Below, piece by piece: positions 1 through 12,050 of a stretch of DNA of 64,000 nt. The translations under genes were made by a program, and so were the position numbers. How positions within the stretch are numbered: position 1 is the first letter of the stretch; each line of letters starts with the position of its first letter. The notes beneath the pieces were generated by a model, which saw only the letters and a list, made by a program, of their open reading frames with translations, ran no database searches and was not told the DNA's origin. Source of the stretch: Hormiphora californensis (taxonomy: Eukaryota; Animalia; Ctenophora); assembly GCA_020137815.1 (NCBI GenBank), contig CM035350.1:1860001-1924000 (forward strand), given 5' to 3'.

Positions 1-1
1 T

Positions 2-1318
2 GTGGGAAGTGTTGCTGCGATTCAGAAACTCCACATTCAGACTGTGCCCATGGGGGAGACACCAAAGAAGATCGCTCACCAGGAGAGCACCAGCACATAT
101 GGGATAATAACACTACGAAGTAACACCGTCACTGCCCCCAGCGTGTGTACCCTGTGTCCCAATGTCTCTGATAGTGTGGACGGGAACGGTGTTGAAGCAG
201 CCTCATCTTCAGCTGTCACCCCAGGAGCCAAGGTGAGCAAGAAGGAGGCAGCAGCTACCTCAACTGAGGTTCACAGTCTCGTTGTAATGGACAAGAAGAC
301 GTATGAAGTGTTACATGTACACAGGTTCCCACCTACTGAGTGGGCTCTCTCTATCTACAGTTATACTCACGGGAACACTGAGTACTTTGTAGTTGGGACA
401 GGGTACCTGAATGAAGATGAGAGTGAGCCTAAAGTGGGTAGATTACTGGTGTTCAGGTGGGATGGTACCTACCTGAGACAGGTAGCAGGGACTGAGGTAA
501 TGGGCGCTGTCAACTGTGTTACTGAGGTGTGTGGTAAGATCCTGGCGGGGGTGAACAACAAGGTCACTGTGTTTGAGTTTAAAGAGGACGAGGGGTTGAA
601 GGTGGAGTGCAAGTATCACAACACCCTCATGGCTCTGTATCTGAGGGCCAGGGGTCGGTTTATCCTGGTGGGGGATCTCCTCCGCTCCATGGCGTTATTA
701 GTGTATCGTCAGCTAGAGGGCAGGTTAGAGGATATAGCAAAGGACTACCGGGCTAATTGGATGACCCAGGTCGAGATACTGGATGACGAGACGTTCCTAG
801 GGGCGGAGCATTGTCACAATCTGTTTGTGTGTGTGAAGGTTGTGGAGGAGGGAGACAGGAAACTCCTCCCCTTTGTAGGGTTGTTCCATCTGGGGGAGAA
901 TGTCAATGTATTTAGAGAGGGCTCCCTGGTCCTCCAGAACCCATCAGGTGCCCCCTCCCTTGTACACAAAACTGTCCTGTATGGCAGTGCTAACGGTGCA
1001 ATAGGTATTATCGGTTGTATCGAGAAGGACCTGTTTGATCTGCTTCACCAACTCCAGGAATCCCTAGCTGCCATCGTCACCAGTATCGGATGTATCCCTC
1101 ACAGTAAGTGGAGGGAGTTCCAGAATGACCGGCAAAAATCACCTGCCAGGGGATTTATTGATGGAGATCTGATTGAGAAATTCTTGGACTTGCCCCGGTC
1201 AGAGATGAGCAAGATTTGTACCGAGGTGTACTATGATTTTGATGGAACTGGTATGAAGAGACAAGGCACTGTTGATGATATGATCAAGTTAATTGAAGAC
1301 TTAGCTAGAATACATTGA
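2..1318 (+). CDS. DDB1: DNA damage-binding protein 1, C-terminal part (third beta-propeller/CPSF_A region plus C-terminal helical domain); 5'-truncated by the window edge
   Basis: Motifs IQKLHIQTVPMGETPKKIAHQE, EPKVGRLLVF, FILVGDLLRS, NWMTQVEILDDETFLGAE, FHLGENVNVFREGSLV, GFIDGDLIEKFLDL and the terminal IEDLARIH match DDB1. No intron in this stretch. Confidence 0.97.
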   Translation: MGSVAAIQKLHIQTVPMGETPKKIAHQESTSTYGIITLRSNTVTAPSVCTLCPNVSDSVDGNGVEAASSSAVTPGAKVSKKEAAATSTEVHSLVVMDKKTYEVLHVHRFPPTEWALSIYSYTHGNTEYFVVGTGYLNEDESEPKVGRLLVFRWDGTYLRQVAGTEVMGAVNCVTEVCGKILAGVNNKVTVFEFKEDEGLKVECKYHNTLMALYLRARGRFILVGDLLRSMALLVYRQLEGRLEDIAKDYRANWMTQVEILDDETFLGAEHCHNLFVCVKVVEEGDRKLLPFVGLFHLGENVNVFREGSLVLQNPSGAPSLVHKTVLYGSANGAIGIIGCIEKDLFDLLHQLQESLAAIVTSIGCIPHSKWREFQNDRQKSPARGFIDGDLIEKFLDLPRSEMSKICTEVYYDFDGTGMKRQGTVDDMIKLIEDLARIH

Positions 1319-1697
1319 GGAGAGAGTGAGAGTTGGTATATTTATAGTTCAGTTTACTGTTTTAGAGTATGAAAGTGAGGAAGAGTTAGAGGGTGACTGA
1401 GGAGAAACTGAGAGATATTGATGAGTGGACTGAGGAGAAAGTGATGAGCGGAAAAAAGGGGTGGTATATTTTTTACTCGTCATATCCAGTGAATTAATAA
1501 TTTATTTCTTGTTACAAACACACACCGTAATTTACAGCCTTTTTATTATCTTCTGTCGTGTCCTGATGTTCCCCCTCTCATATCTCCCCCCCATCTCCCC
1601 CTAATCAAAGAAATACCGTCCCCCTTTCTTCCCTATCTCACTAATATAATACCCATCATTTCTCCAATCTCCCTCTCTCTCAGCATCGTGACACATC

Positions 1698-3804
1698 ATG
1701 ACAAGCAAGGCCACTTCAAAAAAGATAACTCTACGAGTACCGGAGAGCAGTACACCCACCATAGTCTGCACCACAAGCGCAGTGGATCGGAACAAGAATT
1801 TCCAGGATAAAACTAAGATAACTTGCTACCAGAACACTTCAGATCCTGACAACCCCAGATTAGCGGGACAGAGAATGCTGCTGATGGATTGTGATGGGAT
1901 TCAAAGCGTTGGGAAATCTTGGGAGTCAAAGGTATAGTTAATGAGATGTTATAAATGTCGGTTAGGGTTATCTAAACACACCATTTTAACTTCATACCAA
2001 CACCCTTCTACTGCTGGCTAAACACCCTCCTCTACTAAACACCCTCCTCTACTAACACCCTCCTCTACTAAACACCCTCCTCTACTAAACACCCTCCTCT
2101 ACTAAACACCCTCCTCTACTAAACACCCTCCTCTACTAAACACCCTCCTCTACTAAACACCCTCCTCTACTAAACACCCTCCCCCCTCTGCTAGGTGTTT
2201 GGTACGCAGTACATGGTGGGTGTTCTAGATAAAGCATCAGGAGAGATGGAGCTCCGACCTGCCAGCATGGTTAATATGAAACCCTACGTAGCGGGCTGGA
2301 AGGACGGCACTGAGAAGAATGAGATAGAACTTGGGTTCGCTGAGAAACATAAGAAGTTAATGATGACGTTCGGAGATAACCGTATTCAACGGACCATTCG
2401 AGGTATAATTAGTTGTGTGCGGGGGCATGTTATGTGGATAAGTTGTGTTGGGGGGTTATTGTTAGTGCAGTTGTACCGTCATCAAAAAGGGAGGGGGACT
2501 CTACTTATTATGCAGAATATGGTGTACAATGCGAGAGCATGTAAATGTGTATAACAACCTCAATTCCCCCAGATCATGTATTAAGCCCTCCCTCCCCTCT
2601 CCCTAGGTAAGGACAGGATCAAGGACATGGAGAGTAGCACGTTGGGTGAGGCTATGCAGGAGGCAGTAGAGTCAGTAGAAGAGTCCGCACTAACCAAAGA
2701 GACAGAACTATCTCACAGCACCCTTCTACCTCCCATCAACCTGGAGGCAACGGTTAGTTATATCGGGGGTCAGAAGTCCTCTCTTCTAATTCTCACTTGT
2801 TCCCCTTACCAGAGGGGACGTCCTGTCCATTTGGTGAAATTTTAATCAATAATTATAAAAACATTAGATTGGTTACCATGGTAACGCTCTCCACTTCTCC
2901 AGGAGCTAGCCGATGTGTTTTGTATCACAGACTTTATCACAGAGGGTGAGATGTCAGCTCTCCTTCCCTTTACAGAGGTCCTCCGGGAGTGCACCCAGAC
3001 TCATGTTGATGAGTGGAGGATACAGAAAAAGTAAGTCTTTCATACCGGGGCCCTTTGGTGGTCGAGCTACCCTTTGAGAATCGTAAAATCTGTGCTTTAG
3101 TATCTGACCCGAGGTACCTTCTTGGTTTATTGGTTACCCAACCCCCTCGGCCCTCCTTCAGGTACCCAGAGTTCGTGTTATCCCGTTTACCTGTTATTAT
3201 AGAGGATGAGGAGATGGCCAGGTTAAAACTTGCCCAGCTTCTCTACATCAGTTACATGGTTACCCTGGTAACCATGAAACAGGGACGACTCCGATTCAAA
3301 CGGGAAGGTTTCCCCAATACTCCCGCAGTGGTATGTGAAAGGGTGGTGAACATGGTGCCGGGTTGGGTGGTGTTATGTTTCCTGCCATGTACAGCTGAGT
3401 CTTGAAGACCAGTTTCACAGATCAGTATCTTGATTAGCATCAACCTACTTCATCTCCTTTATAACCCCCAGGTGATTGATACCCTCTACCGAAAGTACTC
3501 CTCTCAAGGCCAGGACGAGAACGGCAAGGTCCGTACCTCCATATCAGATCAACAGAGAGCCAAGCTAGTGAACCACATCGCCGCTCTATCCCTCATTATT
3601 GACAATTACAGAGTGCCCTATGAGGAGTTATGTAGGGACACAGCCATTAAACCAAGGCTGCTAGCTGATACATTCAGACAGATGGGGTGTAATTGTAAGA
3701 AGTTGAAGAAACAAGATGGGAGTGTGCGGGCAGTAGCCAGCCTCTCCCTGCCAGTCAAGTTACCTCCTCTTGTGATACGAAAGGGTGGGAAGAAACGGGA
3801 TTAG
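1698..3804 (+). CDS. POLR1E: RNA polymerase I subunit RPA49/PAF53, multi-exon (about 6 exons)
   Basis: Exon peptides YMVGVLDKASGEMELRPASMVNMKP, LMMTFGDNRIQR, LLPPINLEAT-ELADVFCITDFI, KLVNHIAALSLIIDNY, TFRQMGC and ASLSLPVKLP resemble PAF53/A49. GT-AG boundaries link the ORF pieces at 1698, 2195, 2607, 2903, 3162 and 3472. Confidence 0.85.
2017..2181 (+). repeat. 17-bp minisatellite (ACTAAACACCCTCCTCT, about 9 copies) in RPA49 intron 1
   Basis: Tandem units are directly visible and end just upstream of the 3' splice site near 2194. Confidence 0.9.
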
Positions 3805-4227
3805 TAGTGTATTAAAACAACACTTGATTGCTAACGCTTTCACAAACTATTCGACATGGACAGTGTATTGTTTTATCTGAGTCTACGTGTGTGTGTATTG
3901 TCTGTTTGTTAGGGATTATTTGGGTGGGTAATTTATTGCTTTTATCTAATAACATTTGATGTGTCTTCTCTCCCTGCCCTAATCTCTCCCTGCCTTTTGC
4001 CTGTTCATATTACACGAAAACCGAAAACCCAGACATATTAAATGCAGTAGCGACTCCCCCGCTTGATAAACTCCGCCCATGTAAGAACCTCATACAGTAG
4101 TACCCCCGATTACTAAACTCTATAATAGTAGTAACCTGAAATGAAAGATCAACACAAATCACAGTTAGCATTATTGTATTGGTCCCCTTTCCGAATCAAG
4201 TTACTAAAATACCATTGTTTGTAGAGT

Positions 4228-4758
4228 ATGATTGGTGACAAGGTCTCCACCCTCCCAACGACCCTCCCTAAGAAGACCACCCACCCTGTAGCCCGGGAGC
4301 ATGCCGATGCCTTGGTGGACGCCACCCTATCCAACCAGGACTCAGACAGTCTCCATGACAACTACACCCCGGGTATCCTCTCCATGATAGAGTCCATGGA
4401 CAGGCCCGTCCTGGTACATCTCCGGGATAAACGCACTGTTATTGGGGTTCTATCCTCCATTGATAGCTATGGAAACCTCCTCTTGTCTAACACCGTAGAA
4501 AGGGTCTATGCGATGGGGTTCCATGCTGATATACCGCGGGGTCTGTACCTGGTTAGGGGGGAGAATGTGGCCCTGGCAGGTGAGATGGGGGATATGTGTT
4601 ATGAAGATGCAAAGCCACTTGATCAGATCCTCCACTGGCAGGAGATGGAGAGGTTAGCGAGGGATGAGAGGAAGAGGAGGGTCAGACAGCTCAGTGCTGA
4701 GGCGATCTTTATTACTCCTGACGAGCATACTGCACTTGAGGATGATTTCTATCAATAG
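4228..4758 (+). CDS. LSM1: U6 snRNA-associated Sm-like protein LSm1 (mRNA decapping), intronless
   Basis: YTPGILSMIESMDRPVLVHLRDKRTVIGVLSSIDSYGNLLLSNTVERVY and DIPRGLYLVRGENVALAGE give the LSm1 Sm1/Sm2 signature. Confidence 0.93.
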   Translation: MIGDKVSTLPTTLPKKTTHPVAREHADALVDATLSNQDSDSLHDNYTPGILSMIESMDRPVLVHLRDKRTVIGVLSSIDSYGNLLLSNTVERVYAMGFHADIPRGLYLVRGENVALAGEMGDMCYEDAKPLDQILHWQEMERLARDERKRRVRQLSAEAIFITPDEHTALEDDFYQ

Positions 4759-4975
4759 AATAGGAGGAGAACTTGGGGATGATTTCCATACTTAAATAGA
4801 TGGGGGAGGAGGATGATTTCTATCAATAGAATAGGGGGAGGACTTGAGGATGATTTCTATCAATAGAAGGGGGGAGGACCTGAGGATGATTTCTATCAAT
4901 AGAATAGGGGAGGACTTGAGGATGATTTCTATCAATAGACCCCCAGGAGGGAGGACTTGAGGATGATTTCTATAG
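4735..4975 (+). repeat. About 36-38-bp tandem repeat (about 7 copies) reiterating the last codons and stop of LSm1
   Basis: The unit CTTGAGGATGATTTCTATCAATAG-AATAGGGGAGGA is repeated through the 3' UTR; one copy is degenerate. Confidence 0.85.
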
Positions 4976-5355
4976 ATCGTGCCAGGCGGGAATTTTTATA
5001 AACTAAACCTATTTAACTTTAACTTGTGTTTAATTTAAAATGAATTCCAATTCATCAATTAAATATTTTAACACTTTTAATGAACTTTTTGCGAGGATTT
5101 ATAATTTTTCATATAATGTACCTTTTTCAATTATTTTTGTATTGGACAGTAAAGCCCTTATTATTGTGTACATCTCTACCTAGTCATAATAACATCACAT
5201 ACCCCCTTCCTTATCTCTCGCCCCACGCCCATCTGCCACCTTTTCGTTCTTACGTCACACTAATTAACATAACGTTTGATGAAGTAACATCTTTGTGACA
5301 TGTATCCCTCCCCTCCTAACACTAACATCTCACACTAGTTATGGTATGACATGTT

Positions 5356-6738
5356 ATGGTAGCACCGGGCCCAATGGCTGCAGGGGGTAAAATTGAGAAC
5401 GACCTTCAGTACTTTGTTCCCCTCGGATCCAGTGTAGCATGTGTCGATCCTTATGGTAAGGGGGGGGGGGGAGTGTGGATACATCTGTTAATGTTGATTA
5501 AGTTTATGTTAGCTTATAACAAATATTTTAATACCAATCAAACAAGATATTTTGTGTCGGTAAAAACATTCCTATGTATACTATGTTCACTATCCAGGAA
5601 ACAAGTTCGAGGGGGAGCTCGTTGCTATGGATGAGCCCTCGGGTATGATAATTATCAAATCAACGGGTACAGACAATATGGAAGACTTGACTGTATTAAA
5701 CAGAGAACTTCTTAGCGACTTTGAAGTGAAAACACCTGCCCCTAAGAACTCAAGTGGTAAGAAACTGTGTTTAGTTGTTCTAACCCTTCTTTACCAGCGG
5801 TGAGAGAGGGTTGGGGAAGTGTTAAGTGTCTTTGTAGGAATTTAGTTTCACATGCAATGAAAATCTTTCGTTCTCCCAAAGTTTAGCAACATTTGTATTC
5901 CCCTCTCGGAGGTTCATTCTGTCGAAGTAGGGAAAGTATAAATTCACCCATCGCCCTATCTTTCTCTATCTCTCCCTTTCTATTCTTATCTCCCACCAGG
6001 ATCGTTCATGCCAGAGCGAGTAGTGGATGAAAGTTTGGTACGAAAAGCGATATTGAAGAAAGAGGAGGCCGTGTCAAGGATGGCCCCTAAAGATGTCACT
6101 GCCGCGGGACGGGAGCTCTTCAAAGTGATCAACAAGACGTAAGTGAACGATACATTCTTGAAGTTGTGGCAAATGTTCAACATCAGTGCAGTTGTTATGT
6201 AGAACTGGAAGCCCACGATCAGCTCCCCGCCGCGGCCGCGGGTCTTCCCGCCTTCCAATTGCGTCGGTTGTGTGAAAAGTACACGCAAGGAGCACCACCA
6301 TGCGGCGCGCGCCTCCACACTCACACTGCTGCAAAAACCCACCAACTCGCTGTTTGCAGAGAAGTTCTCCAGAATCATGTTATTGTTATCACTCATTATC
6401 ACTTCCCTCCCAGGTACTCCAATCTGGACTGGCAGGGTAAGGTTATCAGAGGTCTGGATGGAGATTTTGAGGTCCACCCTCCCTATAAGGAGGACAATGT
6501 TATGGGGAAGACTGAGGACGCTGTGGCTAGGATCCGTAAAGTGGTGAGCATGCTAAGTAGTCACAGAATAGGAGGCTGACGTAAACGCTTCTTGTTTTGG
6601 GGATATGTTATTGATTTTATTTTCACACACCTAGATGTTGGAACGTTTCTGAATTTTAACACCTTCCCCTCCACCCTCCAGGTCAAGAAGTTTCACGTGG
6701 ATCTCGCCAAGAAGAGTGAGATAGAGGTGGCAAGTTAA
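5356..6738 (+). CDS. LSM12: LSm12 homologue (LSm fold plus C-terminal anticodon-binding-like domain), multi-exon
   Basis: Spliced peptides FVPLGSSVACVDPYG, KQVRGELVAMDEPSGMIIIK, KDVTAAGRELFKVINKT, LDWQGKVI..EVHPPYKEDNV..AVARIRKV|VKKFH match LSM12. Stop TAA at 6736-6738. Confidence 0.85.
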
Positions 6739-8017
6739 CAACACACCAGATAGATCTATGCGATATATTTCCCTCCCATCCTCCTACCTTTTCTCTTCCC
6801 AATTTTTAGACAGCCTGGGCCACATATATTTTTTATTTTCCCGAGTTCCCCCACCCCCAGTTTCCCGTTTTTCTGACCATCCCTGTTCCCTACTGCGTTG
6901 TGAAATGTTTAATATCAATTGCTGGATCTGTTATTTACCCCCCTTGAAAGAGAGATTGAGAGGGAATATCAAATGTACTGTTGTAATAATGGACTACCTT
7001 TCTTTCCCAAACACTCCCCCAAAATTATCCGATTTGTCGTTATTTTCATTTTGAAAACTCTCCTCTTTCTCCAAACACTGGGAGAGATAGAGAGATAGAG
7101 ACACATACTCTGTCCCCGGGGAGAAGCCACAAATTTCCTGCAGCAGTCTCTCAGCTCTATAACTTCTGGACTAGGGTTAATTGCATATTCAACTTAGAAT
7201 GAGAGGCTGTGTAGTATGTGAGAGAGGCAACCCATTTATTGTTTTTCACTCTTTTCAAGTCGCTAAATTTACCCTGTTTCTCACAAGTTCTTAGAAATAC
7301 TTTGTAGCATTTTGAAGGTCCATGACATGTTGTTTTGCACGAACTGTGTCCCACCTTTTCACATAGAGCTGTCCGATATGACACCTTGATGCAACTAAGT
7401 CATTGGCCATATTGCGGTTGTAGAACAATGGAGTAATGCTATAGTTTCATCACTTTTAATTTGGGCCCCAAGTTGCAATTATACACCACTATTAGCACCT
7501 ATCCTTTGATCAATGTCATTCATAATTTAAATTTGAACAGTCCACTAATATTCCGTTTATTTTAGTAGCATATCACCCCTTCATGTACCAATCTAACCAA
7601 GTCACACGTTGTTGAATATGTATTGCGGTGAAAGTTGGCAGCAAAATTATTGTATTTTTGTCCCATATAATTTCTAATAGAGGCAGAAAGGAGAAGTAGA
7701 GAGATAGATAATGAGGGGCAGAGAGACGTTATGTTTTACTGAGAAGAGAGAAAGGGAAATTCATAATTCCCCCAATTTGAATTTATAGTCAGTTGCCCGC
7801 GGTACCAGTACCATACTTCTCTTCAAGTTTCGGGGGCCAATTATCTGTCTCTAAGTCTCTTTTGGCAAAGGCCTCTCCGGCCTCTCTCAGTATTTGTTAA
7901 TGAATTACTATTCACGCTTTATGCACGCTAACTCAAAACTGGAATATTTGCTTTAATTTAAATTGGTCTCATCTAAAGTTTGCCCTAGCGGCTAGTGCCG
8001 TCTGGCTTGCTCTCCCC

Positions 8018-10079
8018 ATGTTTGACAGAGTATGTGTTGTTTTGGGAACTATTCTGGTACTCAGAACGGTCGGCAGTGCAAGGTAACTGGAGATAGGGCA
8101 ACAGTCTGCATCTTATCGCAGTACAGCCACCTTGTTGTGTCACTTGTGTTTCAGTTTGGCACTGTGACGGAGTCCAGCTCAGTAGGGATCTGCTGGCATA
8201 ACGCGCGCGGCTCACTTTCTTGTGACATTTCGCGCGATCATCCTTACTATCACGTCACCGCCCCCTACGTCTTTTGTACAGAGTCCTAGGGAACGAGGTT
8301 GGTCCGACTGTGTGTGAGGACACTCTAAACCCTCTCATATGCTGGTACTTTGCAAGGAACTATAGAGGCTGTGAATCAGACTCCTTCTACTATTACTATC
8401 TCCAACCTAACTGCAGGAGAACGTGCAAAATATGCGTCATAAGTGATATCTGTAAGTGAACATTGGAGTGGGGGACTTCTATGGGAAGTTACTCCAATTC
8501 CAAACCATAGCAAATAGTGAAAAGCATTCGGAGGGGGGAAGCATTCACAGGCCCATATTTGGGAGGCATGAAGGAGGTGTATCCAAAACTACCCTGTTAT
8601 GTGTCAACCTCTGTTAAGTGTCAAGTGGTATGAGGAATAATTATACATAATTCATTATGTTTTATGATGATTATTAGGAAAGTCAGCATACTATATTTCA
8701 ATTAAAATTTCTTTCCTTTCTCTATTTTTACCAATTCTTTCACTTCCTGGTTAAAAAATAGAGAAGATCAATCCATTGTTTGTAATATTGCCAAAATCAA
8801 CCCAATATATCCATCTGAGAGGTAAACTTTTCCACACAGTTCAATCCATGTCTTGTCATCTTTACCAACTGAGCACAGCGTGATTGATTACATGCATGAT
8901 TACACTTTCTAGAGTGCCCGCCTCTAAATTCTGGTTGTATAGAAAGTGTAACTATACTCCGGGGCCCACTGTGTGATCGAGTAATGAGCATTGAGACCTA
9001 TGTCAAGCTGCATCGTTTGCATAGATGCAGCTGTTGTAACCAATCGTCTCAACACACTAACTAACACACTATCTCAGTCTGTCACTAACTAACACATAAC
9101 CTTATTCTCAGTCTGCCAAGAGACTCTAAGGTATCCTGGGAGTAACAACACTCTAACTAACTGTGCAGGATTCGCCAAACATTGTGAAGAAGATAGTGAG
9201 GTAGGTGGTAATATTAGTCATTATTTCCCTAGCTCTATAAGAGCCATCTAACTCCCACCTTTCTATGAGTCTTCTGTTGAATGTTGAGTCCACTGATATG
9301 TGAACTGTGAAGCTTACTATTTAAGCCTTTAATTGTGGTTTTTATTGGCCACCGTACTAATTATACCCGCTACATCAATCTATTCTCAGACATATAACCC
9401 TGCCCTAAATTTACTGTTCACATCTAGTTATAGTTTTTAGGTATTACTTAGTTTTCTAAACCCGTCTCATTTTGTGACATGTGCATACCACTACCAAATT
9501 GCACGTGACGGAGACTGAGACACACGTGGCATGCTGAGAACTGCGTTAATTAGTGGTCGAATAATTAATTAAGCGCATATCCCTGGAATATTCTTTTTAT
9601 CCAGACTTCCCATATATGTATGTGGAGATTAGCCTCGCAACCTACCCAAATCGTAACGGTGCGTGTATTGAGTAAAGAAAGCTGGCTGTCCCCACTAACT
9701 AACCCTCTCTCAGTGAGAGTCTCACTGTCTCATTATATTGTCCAACCTCCTGACCCCTCTTGTCGTTGTCATACTACATACATGACTTTAACGACCTAAC
9801 GTGGCGCACGCTACTTCTCACCGGGCCTGTTTCCGAGACGACAGTCTCTTGTGAGACAATCTTGTCGTGTCTTCCACCCCTTACTGACCCCAACAATCCC
9901 CTCCTTCTCAGATAGGTGTACGAATAAGATGGGAGTGCCCTGTGGCATGTGGAATCTGCCATAAACCAGGAGTACCCAGACCAGATAGATCCCAACTATC
10001 ATCCTCCCCTTCTTCAACCACCAGGCCGATAACAGCGTCTCTACTGGTGGTGGTGGTGATGGGGGTTGTCTTTCTGTGA
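8018..10079 (+). CDS. Secreted or GPI-anchored protein with two ShKT domains; exons 8018-8082, 8282-8451, 9112-9200, 9912-10079
   Basis: Phase-compatible GT-AG splicing gives signal peptide MFDRVCVVLGTILVLRTVGSA, ShKT-1 CEDTLNPLICWYFARNYRGCESDSFYYYYLQPNCRRTCKIC, ShKT-2 CQETLRYPGSNNTLTNCAGFAKHCEEDSEIGVRIRWECPVACGIC, a Ser/Thr-rich spacer and a hydrophobic C-terminus LLVVVVMGVVFL*. Confidence 0.85.
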
Positions 10080-11317
10080 CAATTTGTAGGAGATGAGATT
10101 TGAGAAGATAGATTAGGTGCCAATTAGGTGTCAATAACCATGGTAACGTGGAAGTTAATAGAGTCTTGATATGTGTTCATACATGGATAATAATCATTAA
10201 AAGAGAGAATCATTTTTATTATGGACTGTTGAAGCAAGAAACAGAGTAGACAATGATGTTTTTAATAAGACGATGTAATTGTTTATGCACAGTTTAGTTT
10301 GTACTTTTAGTAGCGTGAGTGAGGCCACACCTTGAATTTTAGTGGCATGGTAACGCACGTTGCACCACTAGTTACCCAATTCCTACCGTATATTTTATTG
10401 TTCTCTCACGTGGACCAGGGGCAACTCTCACTCTCTCCCTCTCTCTATCTCCCTTTCTCTCACCCTCTCATACAAACTCTCTCTCTCTCACCCTCTCACA
10501 CAAACTCTCTCTCATACAAACTCTCTCACCATCTCACAGAAACCCTCTCACCCTCTCTCTCACATATATATGGTATAGGGCTTCAACCATCCAAGCCACT
10601 TCCATTTGTACATATACTGCATCTCTTGCAGGTTGTTACATGCAGGCTTTTTATGGCGAGCTATATCATTGTTTTTAACCCTATATCTAGACGGAGAGAG
10701 AGGGAGAGAGAGGATGACATAAAGCGAGAGAGGTTAGAGGAAGAGAATCTAAATCGGGCAAAAGACAATACCGCTCTGATGTTCCAACTTCCAATAGGGT
10801 CACTCTAGTTCACGGTATGTTTCTAAAAACAATACCAAACCAGAGAGAGTTTCCCATGTCCAGTTTCCCTTTAGTGCAGTAAGAGAAAAGGAAAGTGATA
10901 TATTTTGTGAAATTAATGCCATTTTTGTAATTTTTAGCGAACTGAGCTGTGTCTGTATTTGCTGTCTGTCCCCTGTTATTATTTGGGTCAGGACAATTAA
11001 AACTGGCGTGGCTGGAAAAAGGGTGGCAGTCTCCGCCGCTGTCTCTTTCTTTCTCCATACTGATTGTGTGCGGGCAGGGCCTATTATAAAAATAGGTGAC
11101 ACACAATAGTGCTGTCTGCATCCCCACACTTGTTCTAGTTACTGCACTGCAGAGCCAAAATCGTCTCCATCTCCATCTCCATCTAATGGAGCTATTATGC
11201 TGATGCCTGGGGTGATTATGCTAATATTGATGAGCTGAGAAACATAGGGTGGTGGGTTTGAGAGAAGTTGCTTCCTCCTTTTAACTTGCTGCAGCTTCTT
11301 AGTACTGGTCGTAATAA

Positions 11318-11318
11318 A

Positions 11319-11373
<55 letters not shown>

Positions 11374-11512
11374 AAGGAGTAGAGATGAGAGAGAGAGAGC
11401 GAGTAGAGAGAGAGATACGGATTCGGAGATGAGCTAGATATCTCTCGTTCTCTCTCTCTCGCTCACTCTCTACTCTCTCGCTCTCATCTCTCTTCGCTCT
11501 CTCTCTCTCTTC
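11318..11512. repeat. (GA)n tract followed by a degenerate (CT)n tract
   Basis: Visible dinucleotide tracts; the degenerate half looks like low-quality sequence. Confidence 0.7.
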
Positions 11513-12050
11513 GCATCCTCGAGGTCTCGCGCGATAGAGCCCCCGCCTCGTCTTGTAGCAGCACTAAGACGACGCTCCACTAAGCACCGATCAAGGCCGG
11601 GAGTTCACTAACTAAATTACATCCTCAACCTCTGTTGAGTCTCCAGTTGCCTATCGATTTTGAGAGTGTGACCACATGTGGAGAGAGTGGAGAGAGAGGA
11701 AGTACTTGTTCTTATTGCTGTATTGGTGATTATTAATAACAGAGAAAGGGAGAGAGAGAGATCTCTATCAGACCATTACCGCCTCATTTCCAGTAGTAGT
11801 TTCAAGATATTTCAGACCACTGCTGCTGCTTTTGTATGTACTTTCTGAAAACTTTAAAATTGGCAATTTGTTTTTCTCTTCCTTGTTCTGTGTACCGCCG
11901 CCTTGTACTGTTGGGTGTAGTAACACCACCGCCGCCATACAGTTTAGATGAACCGTAGCCCGTTCCGGAAGCTGGTTAGGTTATAGTTTTCTCTCCCCCT
12001 CCTTATACCCAACCCCCTCCCTAACGCATTTTCCTATTGACCAGCGTGTA

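Noticed and set aside
11318-11512. GA/CT inverted arrangement as a functional hairpin
   Set aside because: The sequence is degenerate and looks like a noisy read through a microsatellite; there are no defined termini or TSD.
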